From positions 434,001-498,000 of the forward strand of contig JAYWIR010000006.1 of the NCBI GenBank assembly GCA_036172245.1: a stretch of DNA of 64,000 nt, in the 5' to 3' direction. A model generated the notes under the pieces. It saw only the letters and a list, made by a program, of their open reading frames with translations, was not told the origin of the DNA and made no database searches. The translations under genes were made by a program, and so were the position numbers. This stretch comes from Raillietiella orientalis. Lineage: Eukaryota. Position 1 is the stretch's first letter, and each line of letters opens with the position of its first letter. Shown here in pieces: positions 24,231 through 37,600 of this stretch.

Positions 24231-27200
24231 CACGGACGTGAATGGTCCTTCCACTGGGTATTCCAGCCGGTACGGCGACGGCTATGACGAACAGCAAAAG
24301 ATCGTAGAGTTGATAACGGTGACGACAGCTAACAGTAAAGCACTACAGGTTCTGCTTCTCAATTGTACTTTCCCAGAATCTTGATCACAATTGGGACCTC
24401 GAAGCCAGGTAAGTATAATAAAATTATATAGCACTAATACTAGCATATTATTTGTGCTCTGTATCCTGTTTTCTAAAGCATTAAAAGTGACTGTAATTAC
24501 CACAATAAAGTGAAGCTGCAGATAATGAACAGTACACAAAAAGAACAATGCCTTAATTACTTGACATTATAAATTCCTCTTTATTATCACCAGCGACTTT
24601 TGCAATTTCCCATTCTGCAGCCACTGAAGCAGTTGCGCACAGATTTGACCCAAATCATGTTGAGCACCACCCTCGTGTTGCGAAAATATTTTACATTCTT
24701 TTTGATGAGTTGATCTACGTACTCTTCTGTACAAAAAAAATGCGTGCTTTCCATCCAAGAGCCGTTCCATGCAAGAAGTGCAGAAGGACCAGCCACCTGA
24801 AACACCAAAGTGCATCCGCCGTGTGTTCACGCGGGATGTTGCTGGTTCCCCAAATTTTGCCTTGTGGCCAGCAAAATTTCCTGAGGTCATTATAGCCATG
24901 GTTCGACGTGATTGGTACACATTCGGGTGAAACATCAATTCATGCTTCCAATAACACCCACTTGAGGCACTTATGGTAGTTGGACCAGAAACAAATCACG
25001 AAACCATTTTCTGTTTTCGTACGATGGAATAAGGGGAAGTTATAAGTTATTTTGCATGGCAGGTGATTTCTCGAAGTGTTGGATGCTTCCGGATGGCTTG
25101 AGAAGGGGGGGGGAATACGCTTTCGCTTAAACGTTGTTTTCGATTCCAAGCCATGTATGCTTCTGTGATTTCCACATAAGTTACCCATCCTATGTGTAAA
25201 CCCATGCATTGGAAATCAAGGTCATTGACCCGGAATCGACGAGGTTCTGCTGCCTTTTCTTTTGAGATAAGTTCAAACACTACCACAGGACTTCATCCTG
25301 GAAAGGAAGTGTGAGCTGAATTCATCAGCTGTAACACTGTAAATGTTTTTGAGCGGATGGCATCAGTGTAACATATGTGATGTTGGAAATAGTCACACAG
25401 ACTCTTCATCTGTAGAAAAGATTTTTCCACAAAACTTCTTCAAGTTTCATTTCATCCTATCAGAACACCAAGAATGAATATATCAGAATAGTAACTCCCG
25501 AATATCGAACTATTGCTATAATCGAGTGAGTACAGCCGTTTCTGTAATTAATAATGGGTTGCACTGATCTCTGGTTGTTCTATTTTTCCGACGCAAATTC
25601 GAATGCCCGTTGTCTTCTTTTCGCTCCATCGGAATTCGCTGCCTCCATCTGGAGATCATTATAAGGGTCGAGATTTCTCTAAGATTTATGCATAATTCTG
25701 ATTTTGCGCTTCCTCCGAAAAGAGAACCGAATTCGAATACCCCATTTCACCCTGAACTCCTGTATTTAAAGAATCTACCAAAATTCGAATGTCAAAACCC
25801 TTTCATTTCATACCACTGCTTCGGATGGTTTGGGAAAAACTCGGAAACACACAGTTCAGCTTGTGGACACTCCGTGTTGCATAGAGATTCCATGGATTGA
25901 GGATTCTTGCTTTGCGTGTGCTCTTGACAGCATGCGAATCTGGAGCAGAAAAGAATTTTTCGCACCAGTTTTGATTTACAGCCTGCGCTTCCGGCGGATG
26001 CTGTAGATTGAAACCAACAGAGTGCTTCAAGATCTATGCATTAGTTCGTAAAATCTTATTAACTTCTTAGATAAGGAATTCCAACATCTGTGTCCTTCTG
26101 TGCGAATTTGGATCGTCAGGCGACTTGGGATAATAAATCAAGGGAGTCTGTGTGTGAGATGGACTGCAGGAAATTCGTCTCCCTTCTGGTACGCACTTCA
26201 ATTCAACCTTTTCCGTTGCTGCTTGACTTGCCACCATAATGCGGCAAGAAATGTAGGGTCGTCGTCATCAGCTGTTTTCAAGCCATAAGGTTCTTTCCAA
26301 GTGAGAATTTTGTTTGCTACCTTTTTACGTTACCAAGAAGCAAACAAGGAAGACTTTCGACGGAGATCTTGCAATATTTTCAGTATTATCTGCAAACAAG
26401 CTTTGGGGTCATTCGCACCATTTCTTTCCTCCAAAAAATAGCATGGAGAATAAAATTGGACTCTGAAAACTAAGGTGGTCAGAACAAACAAATTTTAGCG
26501 ATTCGAGAGACAGCTGACAACCCTGAAGCATAAAGAATGGTGACTTCCACAAACTCGCTAATGAAACATTGAAATTCATACGATGGCAGAAATGTGAATA
26601 TCAATAACGTTTATATATTCAAGCTCCCCTCATCTTACTACATCCCCAACGCTATGTTTGTCTCGAAAAGGTCTTGATCGGAATCTGACGTTTCAACACT
26701 CCCTTCTTTCAAGCATCCCTCCTCCGTGCTCTCCATCTCAAATACTTTGTCCGTTCCTTTGCCTATACAGAAAATTTTGAAATAAGGAATTCTCTCCAGA
26801 AAAAATTCAACCTTTTGGTATGTCCACAGATAATTTTTTTTTGATGATGCCTTTGAAGCTGGCTTTCTGTAGATTACTTTAATATTGTCCTTGTTTGGAT
26901 ATCAGAGATAATTAATTAGCTGTTGCTTTTGACTGTCGCCGCAAATGGAAGAACGAGACGAGGATGAATTCAGGTAGTAGAAGATCAACGATTAGTTCGA
27001 GGTGCTGAGCTCCCAGAGTTATCCTCTGGGATTAAATCAAAACGAAATTTGCGTTTGCCACCTGAATGTGTTTAAATAATAGTCCAACACTTCGTAACAC
27101 CTAAGATTAAGCAGAAAGTATGAGAACCCAGCATCTACAAAAGCAGGGTGTATTTTTCTTGCCCAAAACCAATGCATCGATTCGACTGAAGACCCGACTG

Positions 27201-28137
27201 GAGGCTGAAACGAATGAAGTGATGTGATCTTTTGACAGGTGTGGATTATCAAAGTGACTGATCTATTTGCTGTGATGCTTTCCAGTTCTATCTGGTTTTA
27301 ACCTGGGCTCGTTCCTGTCGCTGTTTGAGGAGTTCTCGCCGAGAGTCCAGTTTATCGACCGAATGTTATAACGTGGCTGTCAGATAATGCTCTTGCTGGA
27401 ACCGTTTTCCCTTCAAGAGGTTTTACAACAGACTTTCATCACGCTGCATAGGAACTGATTCTCATCCAACTGAGTTTTTCCATCAGCACACTAAAGTTCG
27501 AAGAGCTCCCATGCAAACTCACACCCGGAACCCTAAAGCTGCTCTCCCTATAATGCTGAGCAGCAGAATATGTATTGCTCAGACAGCTTTTCATCTTTCA
27601 TACGCATTTCCTCGTGCTACATGCCATCTTTACGAATCATCATCGTCATTAAATCACTATTAGGCCGCCCATGATAGTATGGGCTCCAAGTCATGAACCT
27701 TAATCACTCTATCAATCTTTCAGAAACTACACCAATTCCTACCGGAAAATATTGACGATAATGGTATGTCTTTGTTTATCTTTTCTAGGACACTGTTTCT
27801 TTAGTTGATCGAAAGATAAGTTCTCAAAGCTTTTAGCTTTTTGCAACGGAAAGTTAGCATTTCAGGAGTGCGTATCTGCTTTTTCTTGATCTCGATATTA
27901 TCTTGGAAAAACCAGCTGCCTCAATCTATGAAATGCTCTACACGAAAGCAGGCTAGACACTGGGAAAGAAAAATGGCTGTGTAAGTAAACTATCACATAT
28001 ATATCTGAAGTATTTAAGTGACGTACGTAACTTTAATGGAAAAACTTTGTTGCCAAACTGTTACCAAGTTCTCTGCAGCTTCACCGACGAAATACCAATG
28101 CAATAGGAAAAGCGTCAAAATCAAAGCATGCAGTGAC

Positions 28138-28171
28138 AGTAGTAGTGATAGTAGTAGTAGTAGTAGTAGTA
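28138..28171. repeat. Imperfect (AGT)n microsatellite
   Basis: agtagtagtgatagtagtagtagtagtagtagta read directly. Confidence 0.9.
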
Positions 28172-29868
28172 GAAGTATCAACAAAAGGCATGAAGGTTTG
28201 CTATATTTTTTGTTGAATAGCCGAGAGCGTTGCACTGCTTTTTTGCGACCATTACGGAGTTTGATTTCGAATAATCAGCTGACCTCGCCCTTTTAGTTAC
28301 CTTACGAAATGAAAAATGAAAGATCCACGTGATTGGACCGAAATATCGGCAAGCGAGACTTTGTATTTTGGGGTTTCGGAAATCTTTGCGACTTCTGACG
28401 AACAGAAGATGCTCCTCTGAATGGTGATGATGTTCACGAAAACACAAGCACAAGTTTCCATTTTACCGGTTTATAAATCTGAGGCTGCGCCGTTTAAGAT
28501 GAGGTCCTTGGCCATCTACGCATGGATTCGGTATGCCACTGATAGCTTTTTGAAAAGGAAAACATGACTAGGATGTAAAACAAGACGAGGATCCAGTTGC
28601 CGGCAGCGAATCAGCAGGTGGTTTGGTGAATTCCTTTCTCTTTGAAATTGTGTTTGCAGTTTTTTTTTTTTTTTCCGTCTTTCGAGAGTGTGCCTCTGGA
28701 GAGCTTTTTTGACTACCTTTCCGGGAAAGTTGAAAACACACGCAGACATACTGTTTCCATAACGACAAAAAAGTGCAAGTTTGCAGAAACTGAATGAGAT
28801 CAATGGGTAGGAGAAACCAAGCTGGAAAGTGAGGATGTGATTGGAATCTCAAAGAGACGAGTGAAGACCCTTCAGTTTAATCCTATCTTATCTTTGGATG
28901 GTGTGTGAATGTCGTCATGGAAAATACTTTTCTTACGATCTTTAATACGTAAAGATGGGTTCTGTCTGTAAGAAACTAGATTTTCTTACTTTTACGATAA
29001 AGGATCTGAGCAAAATTCTCTGCCAACGTGGGTAACTCAAGCAAACACTCTTTCGTAAACACGAATCTGTTTATGAGATATCAACAGATATAATGAGGGT
29101 ATTTAAAAAGGATTGTAACAGATCGGGTATGTTCAGGTGATGAAATCCTACTCGTGCGAAGGAAATATCTGCTACAGAAGAAGACGCCATCGTTTTGACA
29201 TCTGTTGGTGCTTCATCTTTGAAAGATTGCAAAGAGGAACACCAAAAACGCAACTGTGCATGGAGATTTTTCTCATCCTACACCCATCAGCGTGAGAGTC
29301 AGTAAGTTCGATATTTCCAAAATCACAGTGTCTCATTGCAACGGTTCGCAGAGTTTGTTTTGTTTACCAGGTGGCCAGCAGTTCATAGTAGGAGACCCAA
29401 GAAGAACTGAACCCTACGAAGTGAAGTGGGTGAAAATAAAAAGGATGTTGTTGTCGGATGTTCCAATTTTCTCATTCCTTTCATTTCGCCATTTTCTCAG
29501 GAGTGTTCTTATCTAAAAGCGATCGATGACACAAGAATGAGTCACATTGCGTGAAAATATTTAATGATAAAATATTCAAGTGACCTTCTTAGTTCTTTTG
29601 AGTATTGGTTTCGCGATTTCAGACATTTGAGAATTGAGGCAGTAGCGTCACACTACATTGCCAAACGCTGCAAACAGGGCAGACATAAAAACAAAAATCT
29701 TAAACCAAAGGTCAACAAGGATGAATGAAGCGCGTACACGGATCCTCTTTTAATGCATGTTTGTGCGTATAGTCGGGGTGACCTTCAGAGCACAGTGGCG
29801 CATTTACCTTACGTGAAAGTTTCGCATTTCGAGAACTCTTAGGGAGAAATCTTCTACAGTTACTAAGC

Positions 29869-29941
29869 GCCCGGCTAGCTCAGTCGGTAGAGCATGAGGC
29901 TCTTAATCTGAGGGTCGTGGGTTCGAGCCCCACGTTGGGCG
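29869..29941 (+). tRNA. tRNA-Lys(CTT), variant anticodon stem
   Basis: GCCCGGCTAGCTCAGTCGGTAGAGCATGAGGCTCTTAATCTGAGGGTCGTGGGTTCGAGCCCCACGTTGGGCG; anticodon CTT at 29902-29904; differs from the canonical metazoan sequence as I recall it at two anticodon-stem positions. Confidence 0.95.
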
Positions 29942-29950
29942 TGAGCATCC

Positions 29951-29955
29951 TTTTT
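29951..29955 (+). terminator. RNA polymerase III terminator (T5) of the tRNA gene
   Basis: TTTTT begins 10 nt after the tRNA 3' end. Confidence 0.75.
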
Positions 29956-31765
29956 GCGTTTTCGACCGGCAGCGACTGTCGCCCACGTTTTTCCCAGCGC
30001 GCACTCTGCTGATACGGAGGCAAACGATCTTGCGATCTCTGTCCGGTGCCTCAGGGAGAGTTCTGCTTTTATTTTGTTTGCAGCTGTGTCCGGTGGCAGC
30101 CAAGGGGGAAGTCCTCGGTTTGTCATGATTCCTGATGACTCTTTCATTTCACTCATACCGAATATTTCATTATAATTGCAACAAAAAATGCCTTTGCAAA
30201 CGTTCCTATCACAATAAAGGATGCAGCTTTTGCTTTTGGGGCGTTGCCTCCCTCCGTTATCTACAACGTGAACGCATAGGCGAATGCTCTTCCCAATCTT
30301 TCCGTGTTCGAGTTCTTTTGCAGAATCAGAGAACCGGTATCCAATGGACCCGTGAATTATCCGGTGCTCATAATAAGAGTCACATAGAAACGATAGCCAC
30401 CAGCTGGTGAGTGGTCTGGGTTTCCAAACTAGGAGCACGAGAAGCACGAGATGCTGTAATCACGGAAATCGGTGAATTTCCATAACGGCGGAGCTTTTTT
30501 CAGGAGTAACCGCTCATCCATCGTGGCTCAAATTGTCGTGCGAAGGAAGTGATGAGGGGGAAGAGGTGTGATATCAGAATTCGAGAAAGAGAATGGAAAG
30601 CGGCAGGAGCGTTATTTCATTTCCGTGCGGGGATGATGCTGGGATTTCTTTCGTTACCCGTACCAACCTCGGGCGGTAACAAAGATCTCTCGGTAGGAAA
30701 AAGAAAATTCTTGGGAGCACAAATTGGCGTGCTTCTCGGCAGCCGGATGAAGCTGCGTGCTGATCAGTTTCGTCTACGTGCTTCGTTGTTTCTTTCTGAA
30801 ACTTTAGGAGCATGCAAATTTCCAAGGATCACTTGGGGGAGTTTTGTGATGGACGGCGACGGCCTGATCTTCGCGTGGATTCGCTTTTCTTCGAGCGATG
30901 AGGATCAATGATTTCCGTCCTTAGGGAGGCTCAAAACATCTTCAAGCGTGTAAACATTGCCGCCAAGATCCCTTCTTGCTCTCATTTGTTAGCATGTTAA
31001 TTGTGGTGGAGTTCTCATCGATCATTCTTCCGGGTTCCAATTCCTCCCGAACTCAACCTTACTCGGTTTTCGCTCTTGAGTCTTCTTGCATCTTCATACC
31101 CCCTGGGCAAAGTGCGGCCTACCGGACATTCATGCCGGAGCGAGCCGCCGCCAGATTTACGGTGAACCTGTGGTCTTCCCCGTTCTGTCGACATACATTT
31201 GACCTAATTCTGCAAGCGGTCCCTAGGTGACCGAAAGGAGATCGATTCTGGCCGAAGGCATCCGAACGCGTGGGAATTGGACTCTCAGAGCACTTGGGAG
31301 GAACACCTTCGTCTTTCCAGGAAAGGTCGTGAGATTACGCGGGTCATCAAGTGATTCCAGGACCCAAAGTTGTTTTACTCCTGCACAAAAAAAAATACTG
31401 CAAGATTTCCAATCAGACTATCCTCTCTGGAGATGTTGGAAATGATAAGTTCGTAAGTGATTGCGTCACATCCCAAGCAGTCGGAAGTACGCGTGTGTGT
31501 TCATGGCAGCCTCATCAGCATACACTTCAACTTCACTGACAAAGGGTGAAACGCCAGCCAAAAGTAAATGAGAAGTTTGACAGAATCGCAAAGTGCATTT
31601 TCGAGGCATTTCTTTCGATTTCATCGTCTAAACACTCTCATGAAAGTGCTTCTCTTCCTCTCCTTCTTGGAAATCACACGTTTTCTCGTTTTGTTTTGTT
31701 TTTTCGTGTTCTTTAAAGTTCTTGGAAGGAATGCAATGGAGTCGATTTTTTTGTTGTTTTTGTAC

Positions 31766-32057
31766 CTAACCGCCGAATCCGTACAGAGTACGTCCCTGTC
31801 TCTTCAAGGCGTGCACGACGTCCATAGCAGTCACGGTCTTCCTCTTCGCTTGCTCGGTGTAAGTGACAGGGTCACGGATCTCGTTTTCCAGGAACACTTT
31901 CAAGCCACCACGGGTTCCCTCGTGGATGGGTCCGGAGATGCGCGTCACTCCACCGCGGTGAGCCAAACGACTTCGTGATTCCCTGGATGTTGTCGCGCAG
32001 CACCTTGAGATGGCGCTTGGCGCCTCCTTTCCCCAGACCTTCGCCACGTCCGGTCAT
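31766..32057 (-). pseudogene. H4: Histone H4 pseudogene (orphon)
   Basis: [29 protein letters not shown] / frameshift / [68 protein letters not shown]-tail deletion, loss of the PAIR segment with frameshift and many substitutions at normally invariant residues. Confidence 0.95.
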
Positions 32058-32524
32058 TGAGACCCCCACCGCTCCTTCTCAGCACCCTCCACACAGAAAT
32101 ACTTCTAAAGGTCTTCCTCACGAGTAGGCTCATGCATGCAAGAGATCGAAAACGACTTCAATTTGAGTGAACTGCTTTTTTTTTTTTTCGACGGTATCCA
32201 GGTGGATGGATGGCAGTGGGAGAAAAGGCGGTTTTAAAACTGGAAAAACTTTGCATGTAAGAGATGGGTACTTCAGTGTTGAACCTGGATAATGATGGAT
32301 CATTGTGGCAACGATTACTATTAGCTGCTTTCTAGAATCAAGATGCTTGCAAAGCTTTTTCATGTGGTCGTTTGAGAGAACGAATATTCATTTGCTAAAG
32401 TAACATGAAGATCTGTCTGCTTCAAAAGTGTGCATGCACCATTCTCTTGGCCTTTGCGACACTGCATATGTGGTGTAAATGGGCTGACCTGAAACTCTTC
32501 CTGCACGTTGCAGTTTACCAAATG

Positions 32525-32713
32525 TTAGGTGTGGTACCAGATGTGATCGTAAGCCTTTAGGTTAGTAGCTATGGCGCAGACACTCTTGCCATCCCAACAG
32601 CTAACAAAGTGTTTTCTACATAACGATGTAATAAGATTAACGAAAAGGGAAAACCATCCTGAAGATACGTTGACATGGTCTATTTCCTCACTGTCTCGTT
32701 GAATTCTGCTCAT
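32525..32713 (-). mobile_element. LINE reverse transcriptase fragment
   Basis: KSVCAIATNLKAYDHIWY resembles the D-x-x-KAYD-x-V-W RT motif. Confidence 0.5.
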
Positions 32714-33399
32714 GGGATACTCGGTTGTTATTGAAGAAATTAGCTTATGCTTCCTTACGTTGACACCTAATCTGGTTGGTACATCAGAACGGAGGCGGCG
32801 AGGGAGATTTGCGTCTATTGAATATAGTGCATCGGGCTGCTGATTTTGAATCGGAGTAAACGTATACCTAAATTGTGAAGCACTTAATGAAATTTCTAAC
32901 TGCTAATGATAGTTGTGAGAAGACCACGAAATGGAGTTGGAATGTGCTGTTTATTAGTAAAAGTCCTTGCAAAATCACACGTTAAAATTGCCTGGATGGC
33001 TTTGTACATTACGTGCCGTACAAACTTCTTATGACGGAAGGAGGACCTGGAGAAGATGGATCCTCGCAAAGGCTGATTCTTTCGCAAGCATCGAGACGTT
33101 CTTATTTTGTTCCATGAATCCTTCGTTTCGGAGCCGCTTGGCGTTTCCTCCAAGACAGGAAAACGAGATTTTTCAGATCCAGGCAGAAGATCAGCCTCTA
33201 TCGTTTTTCAATCGCCTGCAAGCTGGTAGAACGCTTTCTTTGCTAGCGAAGTCCAGAATCTTCCTTTGGCAATTCGCTGAAGCAGACCTTTCATCACGAA
33301 AAGAAAAAAAAAAAAGGAATAAGAAGGCAATCCATTTATTTGCATGCAGGTGCTCTTTCTGAATGGTAAAGAAGGCGCTTCGAGAAGCAGCATAAGCTC

Positions 33400-33830
33400 C
33401 ATCTTTGTGAAGGGCATCAGGTCCAAATGCATAGAGATTTTTTAAATGATGCAAGACATATCGGTTAGAACGAAAGACTGCCTTACCTGAACCATGGGAG
33501 AACGCAGAAGAGCGGTTCAGGTGTTGAAACAAACCGATATCCTCGTCGCGTGAAAAAGATCCATACCATATCCAAACAAACAGAAAAAAAGGAGTTGGAA
33601 GAGTACTTTCGACAGATGTCGAATGCTGGAGAAGGAAGCTGCCAAAGGAGTTCCTGACTTAGCTTTAGGTTGCTTGTGAAGCATATTCTCCCGTGGAACT
33701 TTCCACGCCATCAGTCTTTCATTCACAAGACGCTCCAAGGCTTCGAGAGATGTTTGTCTCTCTCAGATGGCGATGGAAGTACTCGCGACTGTTTTCCTTC
33801 AGGCTTAGAATGCTCGACAACCGGAGAGCT
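33400..33830 (-). mobile_element. LINE reverse transcriptase fragment (N-terminal RT region)
   Basis: Remnant LEALERLVNERLMAW...NML resembles the KxxERxVNxRL segment that follows YRPI in non-LTR RTs; frameshifted. Confidence 0.5.
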
Positions 33831-34329
33831 CATCAATATTGCCACATCAAATTATTCGCTTGCTCAATTCATTCTTTACTAATGTGCACGGGATTTCGCT
33901 TTGCCATTCTGCGTTCTCACGGCATAAAGCTAGCGTGCAGTATTATTCGGAACATGAATTTTCCCTGGAGTTTTTCCAGGTGGGAGCAAGTTCACTTTTC
34001 TCTCAGGAAGCAAGCAAATGATCGTTTAATGGGATATACACGAAAATTACCAAATGTTTTCTGTTCTGCGTTGGTATTTCTTCTTCCGACTATCCCAAAT
34101 TACAAAAGAAAAAAAAGAAAAACGACACTTTTTTTTTCTTCCACTCGGATATGCTGACGCCACGCTAAGAGCTGCTGAGGATGCACAAAAATGTTATTTA
34201 GTTGCCAAGCGTCGCCCGAATGCAAAAAATAGCAGCAGCCAAAAAAAAAGGAGTGGCTTGTTTTTCCTAAGGAGTGGGGCATTCGCCATCAACGAAGGAA
34301 TCAAGGATTCAGCGGATGAAGGAAGAGGC

Positions 34330-34650
34330 GCGGTAGAAATACTTTGACTGATAGACATTGGTTTTACTCGAGTGTGTGTCACAAACGAATTTAACGACTT
34401 GGAATCAATCGCGCATATTTTCGAAATACAAAAATGTGCGTGATGATCCCCAAATAGTAGGAACCGAGATGGACTGCTCTGGTTATGTTTTCTATCTGGA
34501 TTTCTGCTGGACAGATTTGATCTGCAGACGATTTGCAAATGATTTTTCATTATTATGTCATGGTCCTTCCCACTCCAGCTGTTTGGTGAAGATAAAAAGG
34601 AAAAAGAAAAATTCAATATTATCTGCAGCTGAGATCACCTCAATAAATCA
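34330..34650 (-). mobile_element. pogo/Tigger-like DDE_1 transposase remnant
   Basis: VISAADNI, NSWSG..IMKNHL, RFLLFGDHHAH, FVTHTRVKPMSIS follow the order of DDE_1 motifs (SAAG, SGW, LLxxDNHxSH, HTxHxLQPLD). Confidence 0.45.
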
Positions 34651-37600
34651 CTAAGAAGATCCTTCTTTTCAATTTGCAATTCTGTGTTTGTGCCTGTTTT
34701 TGATATACTGCCTGTCAACAGTCCCTCCAGCAATTTCTCTTGCTCAGAAAGAGGCACGAAGGGTATTCGAACTGAGTTGGTTCCCTAACCTAGAAAGCTT
34801 CTTCCACTTTAGCAGTAGATCGATGACAGTCCCTTCCATTTGAAACTTCTGAAAATAGAAGTGGCTGGCTTTTCGTCTTCCTCCAGTCCTCGTATTCCAT
34901 TGCCATGTTGTCTCCATATATTTTTTTTTCCCTAATCTCCTTTTCTCACAGTTCATACCGCTCCGAGAGGCTTAGAATTGGGACGGAAAGGCCGTGCCAA
35001 ATGCTTCTAAATCAGTATTTCAAGGCAACGATTTTCAAAGAATTTGAAGTTTTTGGTTCCCATTTGTTTTTGTGAAAAAAGAAATCGAGACAAGCTGAGA
35101 AAGGTATAACCAGCTGAGAGCTCTGCTAAGAAAGTAACTGGGAGCTCTAGAAGGAACGATGAGAACTGGTAGGATTGCCAGCTTCAGAAGGGCAAGAGGA
35201 TCGGCAATCACTAATCACTTGTTGGAACGCAGACCGTGTGAGTTTCTAAATTGTGGTTGCCGGTTAAAGAATTGGAGATTCCCGAGTTCCGATATGGAAA
35301 CGGTAAAGAAATGGTCATTGTAAGAAATCTGTTTGTTTTCTGAGAAGGTGAGAAGACATTCTGGTACACAAGCGAAACACTAAAGTAGCGTTAGTAGTGA
35401 AGTACTCGCCAGTGATTCTAACAAATAAAAGAGCTTTAAGCTTTTCATTTAGCTCATGTGTTTGCATGATTAGGATCGGCAACATCGTCATTTTAGGTGG
35501 TAATTACTGAAGCAATGTTTTATTATTAGTAATGAGAATAAAGCGGAAGGTTGATTTTCCTATGTAATTCTTAGTTTTTAGCTTTTACTTAGATTGCACT
35601 CTGTAAACCATCAAGCAGTGACCAAAACGAACGTTTCTTTTTCTTCCAGTAGTGAAAGCAGGAAAAGATATGACGTCTTTTGAGGACCTGAATTAACTAA
35701 AACAGCGTTTCCTTGCCTTCTTTGCAAAGTGTTCAAAGTGAATGAAATAGTTGTCATGAGGAGCTGTTTCTTGTTTCGGAAAACAGAGTTTTGCAATAGA
35801 AACACCAATGATGCTTCGTGTGCCGCAAAACTGAAGTGCTTTTATCACAAAGTCATCACTTCATTCAACACTTACGCAGACATGATAACTCCACAGATTC
35901 AACTGAACCAGTTTTGAACAGTGGCACACCCTTGGAAAGAGAACAGCTTATTCGTTAACACGAATGAAATGGAAAATCCTCCGAAATTCGTATCGTACAA
36001 TATTTGGAGATCTTATTTTTGAACACATGGCTCCTAGGCAATATTCGAAAAGAAATATTGATGAACTGGGAAACTGATTAATGTGTCTCGACTTCATATT
36101 GACGTCTCTTCTTTTAAATTGCACAGATGCATTCAGAAAAAATTCAGCAATATGAATATTTCGCTGACTAGCATTTTAACTGAATTACCCACTGGTTTAG
36201 AGTCCCATCATCACCACTGGTTTTGCATCGGTAAATGAACGTGTTTAGAAGGAAGAAAACTACCACGCTTCCTACAAGAAGGGCTGCCTAGTAGTGTCTC
36301 TTGGTTTCTACTGTACATACATAAGTCAGTTTCTAGAATTACAATGAATCAAACATAAGGCGTGCTTCTTTTTTTTGAAATTTTCAATTTATATGTAGTG
36401 TGCTTGTTGTTAATAATAGCGAAATCCGAGAGTACTAAACCATGGCTTGCACATACGTAACCATAAGCTGCCTACTTGAAAAGCAAAATGGGTTTCAATG
36501 AGAAAACGTTCACAAGGAAAAAATTTTCTGAGAATAAGTTTAAATATAGCTGAAAGGTATAGCTTGAAAGGTATAACTTATTCTTTTTGGGTTAAAGAAC
36601 CTTCTTTCTGAAACAAATTGGCCTTCAATTATTCAATAAGTGTTATTAATACTGAACTCAATACTCTTTTTAGGTACTTTCTGGAGGAAAGAATTTTTCA
36701 TGATGAAATGCTAATTGTGAATCATATGAATTTCCATTCATTTTTCCGAGTGCAGTCTGAGCTCACCCTCCATTTTCCATAGTTTCACAATTTCGTTTAG
36801 TGAGTTGGGATGTCCTTCACATTATTTGCCTAATTCTCGTTTCTAGCAAGTTTACCAATCTATCGGAATGGAAACACCTGACTGAGAGAGTAGTTAGTAG
36901 TACTATCTAGTACATTCCTCTGTTTTGTGACCTTACTCCTCATTTCTCGATTTCCTTGCTCACAGTTTGCTGAAATTTTAGTTTTGGGAAGCTAAATGCT
37001 TTGAAAAATGCAAATTTTTGAGAGTGTTTCATTTTGGCAAATCAGTAGAGACATCCGGATTCTTTGATTTGTGTTTCGCATTCTCTTTTTCACTTTAGCT
37101 AGTGTTTCTTTCTCTTTATCTTCATGTTTTCCTTTATTCTCTCATTATTATAGCTAATTTAATTTCCTAATCGAGCACTGGAAACTGAAGTGAATCCTCC
37201 TATGTCCCAATCAATCTCTCATCGGTCAAAGTGCCCAGAGGATCGAAACAACTTAGATTTCTATAGACGTGCACAACAGTTCGACTTACATGCAAGGGCA
37301 ATAGTTTACAGAGGTGGATAGGCTTTTTTTCATAATGTGAATTAATAAAAAAAATTATGATGGTATTTATCAGAAATTTCAACTCAACTTTCCTGTTTTT
37401 GTTTTCTATCTCTCTCACAGACCTGTAGCCTTCTAATATGCCTTTCCCCGTTCTGAAAAACATATCTCTCTATCAGTCTTCTCAACTATGGAGTGGACTA
37501 TCATGCTTTTCGGAAATGAGTTTTAGATGACTTCTTAAATTATGTGTACACAGAAATATGGATGTACATATGACAAATAAACAAACCCTCAGTGTTAGGA

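Larger units (their letters stand above)
17650..24370 (-). mobile_element. Near full-length but inactivated L1/Tx1-like non-LTR retrotransposon, interrupted at about 19770-21480
   Basis: Minus strand order: ORF1 with CCHC knuckles (CFRCGQSGHSIKKC, 23074-23706); APE endonuclease (IKVASWNVNGL near 22800, RLQETH, IMGDLN, LSDHP); RT (DMGKTFD, RGVCQGDALSP, LAYADD, KYLGI; 18976-19770); C-terminal CKACGAVEKQLHVFTC (about 18060-18110). Multiple frameshifts and stops. Confidence 0.93.

Noticed and set aside
24567..25286. Overlapping minus-strand ORFs with Cys/Trp motifs
   Set aside because: No family recognised; could be TE debris.
26500..27600. Possible decayed NACHT/NLR-like coding sequence on the minus strand
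   Set aside because: Only vague motif echoes; no Walker A or B and many stops.
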